DNA from: Gemmatimonadales bacterium
GTDB taxonomy: Bacteria > Gemmatimonadota > Gemmatimonadetes > Gemmatimonadales > GWC2-71-9
Reading direction: 5' to 3'
Assembly (NCBI GenBank): GCA_039915645.1
Contig: JBDSMX010000263.1
Span: 1 to 58,957 of the forward strand
Length of the DNA: 58,957 nucleotides
Shown piece after piece: positions 31,922 through 41,023 of this stretch. How positions within the stretch are numbered: position 1 is the stretch's first letter; every line of letters begins with the position of its first letter. The translations under genes were made by a program, and so were the position numbers. The notes beneath the pieces are model-generated. The model did no database searches and was not told where the DNA came from. It saw only the letters and a program-made list of their open reading frames with translations.

Positions 31922-34900
31922 TCAGCGCGGCTGGAGCGTCGTCTGGTTGTAGTCGAACTTGACGTCAGGTAGCGGCTTGAGGGTCACCGTGAAGAAGAAG
32001 GCGAAGTTGCCCGTGGCCGTCTTGGAGAAATCGAACGACGCCATCCAGTCGTGGAGGTCACGCTGCAACCGGATCACCTGCGACTCGAACTTGGAATCGG
32101 TGATGTTGTACTGCGTCGACCAGGAGACGCTCCAATAGCGAGTCGGCGAAAATGATGTGCTGAGGCCGAGGTTGCTGTGGTTCCCCGACACCAGGTTGGT
32201 TGGCGGGAAGAAGATGTCGTTGGGATCGGTGCTCACCGAGCCCACTGTAGTACCGGTGGGGCGTCGACGCTGCAAGGAGTAATTCAGGTTGGCCGTGAAG
32301 CCGCGCCCTGCGCCAGTGGCATAGGCATCGGTATTGGAAAAGGCACCCGGCCGAAAGCGACGCGAGGCTTGGCTCATGTAGCTCGGGGCGACCGGGGTGG
32401 TATCGCGAACATCCCGCGGATCGCGCTTCTTGGCGAGCCCGAGAAAGGAGGCGATCGACCTGAAGGTGCCGCCATCGAGCGCCATGCTGGCGTTCGCATT
32501 CGAGAGAAAGGGCGCGAACTTCGCCGTATCGGTCCCCACCTGCCCTTCCCACAGATCGTGCGTCAGCGACACCTGCAGCCCACGGACTAGCGCACTCTGT
32601 AGCGTGTTGGTTACGGCAGCCGTAGTCCAGCCGGTCCGGCCCGGCAGCTTTGCCTGCTCGAAGTCGTAGGCGATCGGAGACGTTCCCCAGTTCAGGATGG
32701 CCAGCTTGCGACGATTGGTATCATCCGTGTTGGTGTCTCCTGGTGCCGCACGCATCTTCGCTTCGTAGGTCTGGTTCAGACTCACCGAGGCCGTCAGCGT
32801 TGGCGGCGTTTCCAGTGGCAGGGAAATCCCGCCGCCGCCGGAAACAGCGCGGGCGTATTCTTCTGAAAGCCTGGCCTTCGGCGAATATTGCAGGTTCATC
32901 ACCGGATTGATGCTGGCGCGAAAGCGTTGCACCGGCCCGAATCCGCCAAGAAAGCCGAAGAGGTACGGCGTCGAGGCGAGTGACAACTGCAACTTCTTCC
33001 CCTGCTGGACCCACTGCCCGTTGGTGGCGGTATTGCGCACCATGAGCGCGCCACTCGTCACATTGGTGATTCCAAGCGTCGGCGTCACCTTGAACGTCCC
33101 CTGCAACAGAAGCGGCAGGTTGATCCCGGTATTCCAGTCGAAGGTGCTCAGGAAATCGCCGTTTCGCACAGTACTCACACTGATCGAGTCGAGCGGATCG
33201 GCGGTGCTGAGGTCGGGGAGCCGCTGGGTAACGGTTCGGCGTTGCGAGGCCTGGAAGTCCGACGCCGTCAGCGTGTTGCTCCAGTTGAAGGTGCCGATGC
33301 GAATCGGTGTCCCGAGAGTGATGTTGGTGGTGCGCTTGTGCCCGAGACCCGCCACGGAGTCGATCCGGCCGTTGCCAGCGAGAAAATCGGCAAACGGCGT
33401 CTTCTGTTCGAGGTCGTTCGAAAGCGAGAGGTTCGGGCTCCACGACACATGCTGGCCGAACTCGAACGGGCGCGGCGTGATGTTCAGCGACGGCAAGGTC
33501 ATCTGCACTTGCCCGTCGCTCAAGGTCTGCCGCCGGGTTGCGCCGAGCGTCGCCTGGCCCCAGCTAAACCGTTTGGTGAGGTTCAGCGAGCTGTTGATAT
33601 TCTGGGTCGAGAGTAGCGGGTCGACGGTGTTGTTCTGCAGCACTGTACTGTTGCCGACATAGTTCAAGCCGATCCGCAGCGAAGTCGCATTGTTGAACTG
33701 CTGGTCGTGGCTCCAGCGGATGTTGGTGCTCCCCCCGCCCTGGCTCTGCTGCTCCTTGTCGATGGCGAAATCACCGGTCACGAACCGGTCACGCCAGCGG
33801 TAGCGGAACTGCGAGCCGTACCGCATGTACCGGTTGGCGTACCAGTCCATATGTGCGGTGAGATCGATGTAGTCGTTCGGGGCCCAGTAGTAGCCGATGT
33901 TGGTGACTTGGCGGTTGTAGCTCCGCGATGGTCGCACGATATCGTTGAAGCCGAAATTCGGGATGAGGATCCCCGAGCGCCGACCAACCTTGGTGTCCTG
34001 GAAGAGAAAGGGCATCCAGACAATCGGCACGTCGCGGATGTAGAGCACCGCCGGCCGCGCCACCAGGACCGACTGCGAGACCCACTTCACCTGACCGGAC
34101 TGGAAGTGGTAGTGCGGCTCGGCGAGGTCGCACGAGGTGAACTCACTGTGCGCCGCGTAGAGCCGCTTGCCGGTTGAATCGACCGCGAGATTGCCGCGCA
34201 GGAACCAGTTCGCGCCGGCATCGTCGAAGGTGGTCGTCGCCTCGCCGATCACGCCCCGCTCATGGCAGGTGTCGAATTTCATCGTCCGACCGACGAGGAT
34301 CTTGCCGCGCCCCTGCGGATCCTCGAACATCCTCGGCTCCCCCTTGGCGGAGAGCTCGCATCGGGCGTCGCTGTAGATGATCTCGTTGGCCTCGAGGACG
34401 CTGGTATCCCGAACGGTGGCCGCGTGGCCGCCAAGGAAGAGTCCCTCGTCGCCCGGGAGCAGCGTCGCCGAATCGCCCCGGAATCGGGTAACAGCAAAGC
34501 CCTCCCGCTTCAGGAGGGCCTGCATCACCGAGTCCGGCTCGAGAAACTTGTACTTCGGTTTGGTGGGAATCCCCAGACGCTTCGCCGTTGACGAGTCGAT
34601 CGCCCGCGCGCCGACGCCGGGCGTCACCCTGGCACGGCCAGTGTCGGCGCCAGGCGGTCGAAAGGGCGGATTCTGTGCGTGCAGTTCCTTCGGCCCGCCG
34701 GCAAGCATGGCGAAGAGCACCATGGCTCCGGCGATCTGGGCGGCCTTCCGCCGGCGACGTTGCACCACGAAGGCACCGAGCACGCCGAGCTCATACAGGG
34801 CGATCAGCAAGGCCGAGCAGACGATCATCGACAGGACGTCGGTACCAGGGGAGAGAATCGCCCCAGCGATGCAGTTGAGGAGCACCGCATACCGACGGAA

Positions 34901-35476
34901 ACCGCTGAATCGCTTCGCGTCCATCACGCCAACCCACGAGAGCAGCGTCATGATCAGCGGCAACTCGAACGAGATGCCGACCGCGAGGATCACCTGGATC
35001 ACGAACGAGAAATATTCGGCGAAGGTGATCTGGTTGACGAAATCGTTGCTGACCGTCAGCAGGAACTTCAGCGAGAGCGGGACGCCGTAGATCCATCCCA
35101 GCCAGCTCCCGAAGAGGAAGAGCAGCAACCCCAGGCCGAGCGCCGGGATCATTGCCTTCTTTTCGCGGTCGTAGAGGGCGGGCGAGAGGAAAGCCCACAG
35201 CTGATAGATGATGACCGGCGAGGCGAGCACCAGGCCGAGCACGACGCCGAGCTTCAGGATCACCATCACCTGTTCGGTCGGCGCAAGGATAGTGAGCTTG
35301 CCGCCAGGGAGATACGGTGCGATCGGCGCCTTGAGGTAGCCGATGGCGTTGTAGGTGGTAACCACCCACAGGCCGATGCCGACGCCGATAAACACGGCGA
35401 TCAGTGCGCGGATGATGCGCCCGCGAAGTTCCTCGAGGTGATCGAGGAACGGCATCTCGCCGGCAGGATTATCCAT
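31922..35476 (-). CDS. tatC: TatC::LptD fusion (Tat translocase TatC + internal signal peptide + LPS-assembly beta-barrel LptD-like protein)
   Basis: aa ~1-240 match TatC (MPFLDHLEELRGR, YQLWAFLSPALYDRE, GISFELP, LSPGTD, LYELG). aa 268-1184 are LptD-like (EFTSCDLAEPHYHF, VPIVWMPF, RRSGILIPNFG, IGYYWAPNDY, RDLHDW, terminal aromatic beta-strands). One uninterrupted frame. Confidence 0.88.
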   Translation of the reverse strand: MDNPAGEMPFLDHLEELRGRIIRALIAVFIGVGIGLWVVTTYNAIGYLKAPIAPYLPGGKLTILAPTEQVMVILKLGVVLGLVLASPVIIYQLWAFLSPALYDREKKAMIPALGLGLLLFLFGSWLGWIYGVPLSLKFLLTVSNDFVNQITFAEYFSFVIQVILAVGISFELPLIMTLLSWVGVMDAKRFSGFRRYAVLLNCIAGAILSPGTDVLSMIVCSALLIALYELGVLGAFVVQRRRRKAAQIAGAMVLFAMLAGGPKELHAQNPPFRPPGADTGRARVTPGVGARAIDSSTAKRLGIPTKPKYKFLEPDSVMQALLKREGFAVTRFRGDSATLLPGDEGLFLGGHAATVRDTSVLEANEIIYSDARCELSAKGEPRMFEDPQGRGKILVGRTMKFDTCHERGVIGEATTTFDDAGANWFLRGNLAVDSTGKRLYAAHSEFTSCDLAEPHYHFQSGQVKWVSQSVLVARPAVLYIRDVPIVWMPFLFQDTKVGRRSGILIPNFGFNDIVRPSRSYNRQVTNIGYYWAPNDYIDLTAHMDWYANRYMRYGSQFRYRWRDRFVTGDFAIDKEQQSQGGGSTNIRWSHDQQFNNATSLRIGLNYVGNSTVLQNNTVDPLLSTQNINSSLNLTKRFSWGQATLGATRRQTLSDGQVQMTLPSLNITPRPFEFGQHVSWSPNLSLSNDLEQKTPFADFLAGNGRIDSVAGLGHKRTTNITLGTPIRIGTFNWSNTLTASDFQASQRRTVTQRLPDLSTADPLDSISVSTVRNGDFLSTFDWNTGINLPLLLQGTFKVTPTLGITNVTSGALMVRNTATNGQWVQQGKKLQLSLASTPYLFGFLGGFGPVQRFRASINPVMNLQYSPKARLSEEYARAVSGGGGISLPLETPPTLTASVSLNQTYEAKMRAAPGDTNTDDTNRRKLAILNWGTSPIAYDFEQAKLPGRTGWTTAAVTNTLQSALVRGLQVSLTHDLWEGQVGTDTAKFAPFLSNANASMALDGGTFRSIASFLGLAKKRDPRDVRDTTPVAPSYMSQASRRFRPGAFSNTDAYATGAGRGFTANLNYSLQRRRPTGTTVGSVSTDPNDIFFPPTNLVSGNHSNLGLSTSFSPTRYWSVSWSTQYNITDSKFESQVIRLQRDLHDWMASFDFSKTATGNFAFFFTVTLKPLPDVKFDYNQTTLQPR

Positions 35477-35484
35477 CGATGTGG

Positions 35485-36264
35485 CTACGGAAGGGCGCGC
35501 AACGCGTCGCGGGCAAGCTTCGCCTCATCGCTCTGCGGGTAGCGATCGATCACCTGCTGATAGTATGCCTTCGCTGCGGCGCGATCGGCCCGCCGCTCGG
35601 AGAGCTTGCCGAGTTTGAACAACGCGGTCGGGGCACGCGCGGAGGTCGCGTACTTGCTGATCACCTCGCTGTAGTACACCCGCGCCGAATCCGGTTGGGC
35701 CGGGTCGAAGGTATCAGCGAGGCCATAGGTGGCATCGGCCGCCAGCGGCGAGGTCGGGTAGAGCTCCAGCAGACGCCGGAAGCCGAGCCGGGCCGACATC
35801 ATCGCGCCCTGCTGACTCTGTCCCCGTGCAGCCGAATAGATCGCGTCGGCCGAGGGCTGATTGATGGGCGCCTGCCCCGCCGAGGAGCGCGTCGAGTCGG
35901 TACTCGCGGGAACCGGTGCCGGCGTCTCGGCTCCGCGCACCTCGAGCTGGTTGCGCAGATCGCTGAGCCGGCGCTGGCTCTGTCCCGAGAGCTCCTGCAG
36001 CACCAGCAACGAACGGCGGATCTCCGTGAACTCGGCCATGTTGTCCCGCCCGCTCCGCCCGAGCGCCGACGAGAGTGCGACGAGGGAATCCATTCCTCGC
36101 TGCTGCATGGCAATGATCCGGGTCAACTCGGCAGCGCGCGCCGAATCGGCACGCGCCTGGGTCCGCTCAAGCACGGACACCTGCGTCTCGACGCGCCGCA
36201 CCTGTCCCGGCGTGGCACACGCCGCTCCGAGGAGCAGCAGCGACATCGCGACGCGGGCCCGCAT
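35485..36264 (-). CDS. cpoB: Tol-Pal-associated coiled-coil/TPR protein (CpoB/YbgF-like), lipoprotein signal
   Basis: Follows pal. LLLLGAAC, coiled coil, TPRs YPTSPLAADATY, APTALFKLG, YPQSDEA. Confidence 0.8.
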   Translation of the reverse strand: MRARVAMSLLLLGAACATPGQVRRVETQVSVLERTQARADSARAAELTRIIAMQQRGMDSLVALSSALGRSGRDNMAEFTEIRRSLLVLQELSGQSQRRLSDLRNQLEVRGAETPAPVPASTDSTRSSAGQAPINQPSADAIYSAARGQSQQGAMMSARLGFRRLLELYPTSPLAADATYGLADTFDPAQPDSARVYYSEVISKYATSARAPTALFKLGKLSERRADRAAAKAYYQQVIDRYPQSDEAKLARDALRALP

Positions 36265-36839
36265 CAGCGCGGCGCCACCAGCGCCTGGGCGCCGGCAATC
36301 GGCTCGAATTCGTCGCGACGATTCTTGGCGTAGGCCGCTTCGTTCGCCGAGGGATCAATCGGGACCTCGCGACCAAGCGAAGCGACCTCGATCCGCGAAG
36401 GATCGATTCCGAGGCGGACCAGGTAATCCTTGGCGGCAACGGAGCGCTTCATCCCGAGCGCAAGATTGTATTCGTCCGAGCCGCGTTCATCGGCGTGACC
36501 GGTGACGCGGATGCGCAGCGCCGGGTTGGCCTTGAGGATCGCCGCCTTGCGATCGAGGCGACCGGTGTCATCCGCGCCGATGGTGAACTCGTTGTACTCG
36601 AAGTGGATCGTCTCGGCGATCTGATTCACGAGCACAGCACGCTCGGCTTCCTTGCGCGCGGCTTCGGCGCGGGCAATGGAGTCGGCATTCGAGCGCGGCG
36701 TGGTCGCGGTATTCGTCGGTGACGACGGAGCGGAGCTCGGCACGGGTGCCGGCGTCACGATGGGTTCGGCCTTCTTGCCACAGGCTCCGACGACGGTCGC
36801 CAGCCCGAAGAGGGCAACGACGAGGGCACGTTGAGTCAT
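36264..36839 (-). CDS. pal: Peptidoglycan-associated lipoprotein
   Basis: Lipobox VGAC, IHFEYN, GHADERGSDEYNLALG, KNRRDEF. Start at ATG 36839. Confidence 0.92.
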   Translation of the reverse strand: MTQRALVVALFGLATVVGACGKKAEPIVTPAPVPSSAPSSPTNTATTPRSNADSIARAEAARKEAERAVLVNQIAETIHFEYNEFTIGADDTGRLDRKAAILKANPALRIRVTGHADERGSDEYNLALGMKRSVAAKDYLVRLGIDPSRIEVASLGREVPIDPSANEAAYAKNRRDEFEPIAGAQALVAPR

Positions 36840-36852
36840 GCGGTCCTCCACT

Positions 36853-38175
36853 TCAAGGGTTAGTGCCGCGCAATATAGGCGACCAGGCGGGATATCGGGC
36901 GCCCCCCGGGGTCGGCAATTGGCGCGAAGTTGCGGTTTCCACATCGAGGATCCAGAGCTGATCACGCCCGGTCCGATTTGACTTGAATATCAGGTGCCGC
37001 GAATCCGGCGCCCAACTCGGGTCCTCATTCTGGCGACCGCTCGAGGTCAACTGCTTGGGGGGCCTGCCAGTGCCGATCTGGTAGACGAAAACCTGCCGGC
37101 CACCAGCCGCATCACGGCCAAAGGCGATGGAGGTCCCGTCGGGCGACCAGTCTGGGGCATAGGACGCCCCTGTCTCCCCGGCATCAAAGGGAACCAGCAC
37201 GGCTTGATCGGTTCCGTCGGCGTCCATGGCGTAGATCTGCGGCGAACCGGCCCTCGTCGACATGAAAGCGATCCGGCGTCCGTCAGGCGAGTACGAGGGC
37301 GTCACGTTGTCGGCAAACTTGCCGTTGGTCGTGAGCTTGTGTGCGCAGCACATCCGCGGGACATCGGCCTCGTAGAGATCGGCGCCTTCTTCGGCCGACC
37401 TCCCGAAGACCACCTTGTTGCCATCGGGCGAAAAGGAGGCCGCGACATTGTTGCCTGAGACCGTCGTCGGAACCGTCACTCGGGTCCCGGTCGCGAGCGA
37501 CTGGATGATCAGCGCCCCGACATAGTCCTTGATCTCGGTGTAGGCGATGCGAGTGCCATCCGGGGCCCAGGTCGGAGAGATCACCAATCCACCAGGGCGC
37601 GTGACCCGGACCAGGTTCTGGCCATCGGAGTCGACCCGCCACACGCCATTGTCCTTCTTGGTCCCGGCATCCTCTGCCTTGAAGAGCACGCGCGTCGCCG
37701 CGATGCCGACGCCACCAGTGATCCAGGTGACGACCTCATCACTGACACGATGAATGGCGAGACGCCCTTCCCCCGCAGCGCCAGGCTCGAGCGGACGAAT
37801 GCCCTGCTGCCGCACCTGCCCCGCCCCGATGTCATGGAGCTTGATTTCGACCCCGGCGCCGGCGCGCTGCAGTTCAACAGCCCACGCAACGCCAAGCGGC
37901 TTCAATGTCGCGGGCACCAGGGCGCCGGTGAGCCGCGCGAGCGAATCCGGCAGATACGCCATCTCGAAGCGGTCCGAGAAACCCAGGTCGCGCTCGATCA
38001 CCCGTCGCACAGAATCGAGGCCGGCCCCAGCCATCACCAGGACGCCGGGCCGTGCTCCTGCCGTGTAGTTGATGCCGAGTCGGATTCGCTCGAGGTCCTG
38101 CGCGTCCAGCCGTGCTGCGCCCAGACTCATGACCGCTGCAACAAGCGCACATCCCGCACTGTACTTCCGCATCAC
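36853..38175 (-). CDS. tolB: TolB-like beta-propeller protein
   Basis: Signal peptide (LDA-Q), repeated PD40 motifs (PTWAPDG, FSPDG, PSYSPDG, PDWSPDG, PSWAPD), ends with PAWSP; lies between tolA and pal. Confidence 0.88.
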   Translation of the reverse strand: MMRKYSAGCALVAAVMSLGAARLDAQDLERIRLGINYTAGARPGVLVMAGAGLDSVRRVIERDLGFSDRFEMAYLPDSLARLTGALVPATLKPLGVAWAVELQRAGAGVEIKLHDIGAGQVRQQGIRPLEPGAAGEGRLAIHRVSDEVVTWITGGVGIAATRVLFKAEDAGTKKDNGVWRVDSDGQNLVRVTRPGGLVISPTWAPDGTRIAYTEIKDYVGALIIQSLATGTRVTVPTTVSGNNVAASFSPDGNKVVFGRSAEEGADLYEADVPRMCCAHKLTTNGKFADNVTPSYSPDGRRIAFMSTRAGSPQIYAMDADGTDQAVLVPFDAGETGASYAPDWSPDGTSIAFGRDAAGGRQVFVYQIGTGRPPKQLTSSGRQNEDPSWAPDSRHLIFKSNRTGRDQLWILDVETATSRQLPTPGGARYPAWSPILRGTNP

Positions 38176-38852
38176 GGCCGCCGCGTTGGAGCGAAATAGA
38201 AGGAGATCGGCAGTTCGTCACCGACGAAACCGGAAGGCAACGGTCCAAAGGCGCGCACGCGGCCCGAGAGCTCGACCGCACCGAGGGCATTCAGGTCGAA
38301 GTCATCGCGCCCCGAACTCACGGCGATCGCCGGATCCTTGACGGAGCCATCTCGAAGAATCACGAACGACACCTCGGCATGCAGATTGGTCCCGACCAGT
38401 GGTTGACGCCACCGGAGATAGATCTGGTTGGTGATGTTCCTGAGATACTCCGGAAACGGGAACTGCATTCCGGCCTGACTCAGGGTCACTACGTCGCGTC
38501 CAGTGCTCGGTGTCGCATTGGGAATCGGGGTGACCGGTGCCTTGGTGACCGGCGCCTTGTCTTCCACTTTCACCTGGTTCGCGGGTTTCGGCTTTTCCGG
38601 CTCCGGCTTGACCTGCTTCTTCGGTGGCAGAATCGGCGCGGTCTCCGCCTCGGCCACCGGCGTCGCCTCCGCCGCCGCACGACGAGGCGCCTCCTGCGGC
38701 GCGGGCGCAGCGATCAGGTCTACGGCATAGACGATTGGCGTCGGGGCTGGCGCACGCCGCGCAAAGAGCACCAGCGCAACCACCGCAATGCCGTGGACCG
38801 CAAGCGTTCCGGTGAGCCCCGCCGGCCGCGTGGAGGCCCGGATGGCGGTCAC
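38172..38852 (-). CDS. tolA: TolA/TonB-type energy transducer
   Basis: TM with TLAVH motif, Pro/Lys-rich linker, C-terminal FVILRDGSV..SSG..FDLNAL. Confidence 0.75.
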   Translation of the reverse strand: MTAIRASTRPAGLTGTLAVHGIAVVALVLFARRAPAPTPIVYAVDLIAAPAPQEAPRRAAAEATPVAEAETAPILPPKKQVKPEPEKPKPANQVKVEDKAPVTKAPVTPIPNATPSTGRDVVTLSQAGMQFPFPEYLRNITNQIYLRWRQPLVGTNLHAEVSFVILRDGSVKDPAIAVSSGRDDFDLNALGAVELSGRVRAFGPLPSGFVGDELPISFYFAPTRRP

Positions 38853-39277
38853 GGCGCTGCGGTAGGCTGGGTGACGAGGCCGACCGATCGAATCCCGGCT
38901 GCATTCACCACGCCAAGCACCCGGGCGATCTCGCCGTAGCGCGCGCCTTCATCGCCCTTGACGTAGACCATCTCGGGTCGCTTCTGGCTGATGAGGATCC
39001 TGAATGCCGCGCTGAATTGATCGAAGGTGTACTGCTGGGCACCGATGGAGATGCGGCCGCTCTTCTCGACCGTGACATTGACGGCGTTGGTCGAGGTGAT
39101 CGGTCTCGAGGCCGCCTTGGGGAGGCGCACCTCGATGCCGCCCTGCATCATCGGCGCCGTCACCATGAAGATGATCAGCAGGACCAGCACGACATCGACG
39201 AGGTTGATGATGTTCACCTCGGCATTGAGATGTCGCCGGCCGCGACGGCCCCGCCCGAGTCCGCCGAGCCCCGCCAC
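38849..39277 (-). CDS. tolR: TolR/ExbD family protein
   Basis: NIINLVDVVLVLLIIFMVTAP, KGDEGARYG. GTG start at 39277. Confidence 0.88.
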   Translation of the reverse strand: MAGLGGLGRGRRGRRHLNAEVNIINLVDVVLVLLIIFMVTAPMMQGGIEVRLPKAASRPITSTNAVNVTVEKSGRISIGAQQYTFDQFSAAFRILISQKRPEMVYVKGDEGARYGEIARVLGVVNAAGIRSVGLVTQPTAAP

Positions 39278-39278
39278 G

Positions 39279-39983
39279 TTACAGCTTCCCCTCGCGCCCC
39301 AGTGCTCCGATGGTTTCCTGCGCCAGGCGTTCGAGCTCGCCCTCGAATCGTTCGGTGCGTGACGTGAAAATGTTGTACGCGACCACGGCAGGGATCGCCG
39401 CGCCCAGACCGGCTGCCGTGGCGATGAGTGCGTCGGCAATGCCGGGGGCGACTGCCGCCAGGTTGCTGCTCCCTTCGACACTGAGGCCGTTGAAGGACTT
39501 CATGATGCCCAGCACCGTGCCGAAGAGTCCGAGCAGCGGCGCGGTAGACCCGATGGTCGCGAGCCACGGAATCATCCGACCGGCCTGATCGGCCTCCTCA
39601 CGGACGCGGGTGTCCAGCGTCATCGTCAGGGCTTCGAGCTGAGTCAGGGAAAGCCCGGTGCGCGAGACGTTGGCTCGCTCCATCGCCCCGTGCAGATCCG
39701 CGATGAACGAGGTCGAGGTCTGCACGATGTCGGCATAGGGTGAGTCACCGAGACGCGTTGCGGCAACGGCGCGCTCATCGGTGGAGCGGCTGCGAGCGAC
39801 TGCCGCGTCGAACGCCTTGCGTGCGCTCCGCAAGCGGCGGAACTCCCACCACTTCGCCCCGATGACATACCACGAGATCAGTGAACAGAGGGCACAGATC
39901 ACCAGGACGACGCTCGTCTCGGTGCTCGCGTTGAGCACCAGCTGGACGAGCCCGGGAACCGACGTCCCCGCGGTCTGTTCCAT
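39279..39983 (-). CDS. tolQ: TolQ/MotA/ExbB proton channel protein
   Basis: LATIGSTAPLLGLFGTVLGIM, VAPGIADALIATAAGLGAAIPAVVAYN. Confidence 0.9.
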   Translation of the reverse strand: MEQTAGTSVPGLVQLVLNASTETSVVLVICALCSLISWYVIGAKWWEFRRLRSARKAFDAAVARSRSTDERAVAATRLGDSPYADIVQTSTSFIADLHGAMERANVSRTGLSLTQLEALTMTLDTRVREEADQAGRMIPWLATIGSTAPLLGLFGTVLGIMKSFNGLSVEGSSNLAAVAPGIADALIATAAGLGAAIPAVVAYNIFTSRTERFEGELERLAQETIGALGREGKL

Positions 39984-40933
39984 CAGCGGACCGTCCCTTC
40001 GAACCAACCGGCGAGTGCCTTCATCCCCTCGTCGAAGGTGACCTGCGGTGCCCAGCCGAGTCCGCGGCTGGCCTTGGAAATATCGAGGCAGGAACGGAAG
40101 AGTTCGCCCGGACGGGCCGATGCGTAGTCGATGGATGGCGTCTTGCCGATGGCGCGCCCGACGTGTGCCGCGAGTTCATTCACGCTGGTTTCCGTCCCCG
40201 TGCCAATGTTGAAGGCGGGGACGTCCAGTCGATCGCCGCGTGACACAGCCGCACTGCCCGCGAGCAGATTGGCGCGCGCAACATCACGCACGAAGACGTA
40301 ATCGCGCGTCTGCGTGCCGTCGCCGAAGATTGTGAGCGGCTTGTCGGCGAGCAGTCGCGACACGAAGATCGAGACCACGCCAGCTTCCGACTTGGGATCC
40401 TGCCGCGGGCCGTAGACGTTGGCGTAGCGAAGCGCGACCCCCTCGAACCCGTGCAACTGACCGAGTACGCGCAGGTAATGCTCGCCGGCGAGTTTGCTCA
40501 CACCATAGGGAGAGATGGGAAGATTCGCGGTCGGCTCCGGCGTCGGCAACACCGATGGATCGCCGTAGACCACCCCGCCACTCGAGGCGAACACGACGCG
40601 CTTGACCTTGCCCGCGACGACACCGGAAAGAATGTTCGCAAAGCCGACAAGATTGATCGAGGCATCGAGCGCGGGTTCATCGACGGAGATCCTCACATCG
40701 ATCTGTGCCGCCTGATGGACCACGACGTCGAACTTGCCGGAGGCCACCGTGTCGCGTGCCTCGGGCGAACGGACATCCGCCACCACGAGGGTGGCCGCCG
40801 AGGGAATCTGTTCCCGCTTTCCCCGTGAGAGATCGTCGAGGCAGGTCACCGACCAGCCTGCAGCGAGGTAGGCCTCGGCGATGTGGGAACCGATGAAGCC
40901 GGCACCACCCGTGATCAGGACCGATCCACTCAT
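39983..40933 (-). CDS. NAD-dependent epimerase/dehydratase (UDP-glucose 4-epimerase-like)
   Basis: TGGAGFIGSH, SPYGVSK, LRYANVYGPRQ, GDGTQTRDY. Confidence 0.92.
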   Translation of the reverse strand: MSGSVLITGGAGFIGSHIAEAYLAAGWSVTCLDDLSRGKREQIPSAATLVVADVRSPEARDTVASGKFDVVVHQAAQIDVRISVDEPALDASINLVGFANILSGVVAGKVKRVVFASSGGVVYGDPSVLPTPEPTANLPISPYGVSKLAGEHYLRVLGQLHGFEGVALRYANVYGPRQDPKSEAGVVSIFVSRLLADKPLTIFGDGTQTRDYVFVRDVARANLLAGSAAVSRGDRLDVPAFNIGTGTETSVNELAAHVGRAIGKTPSIDYASARPGELFRSCLDISKASRGLGWAPQVTFDEGMKALAGWFEGTVR

Positions 40934-41023
40934 GCGCGCTCTCCGCGGCGAGCGCCCGAGGCGCCCGCCGTTTGAGGTGTCATTGCGATTATGAGGGAAG
41001 ATAGCGGGGCGACGCCCCGCGTT

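Noticed and set aside
34706-34730. Independent lptD start at ATG 34723 or 34708
   Set aside because: GGAG is only 2 nt from the first ATG and about 17 nt from the second, and starting there would remove the basic n-region. It cannot be fully excluded without Ribo-seq.
34740-34765. RRRR in the TatC::LptD linker as a twin-arginine signal
   Set aside because: It lacks the S/T-R-R-x-F-L-K consensus and is better read as the positive-inside n-region of a Sec-type signal.
41004-41020. GCGGGGC-GAC-GCCCCGC hairpin as a terminator
   Set aside because: Short stem with no clear U-tract on the minus strand; too weak to call.
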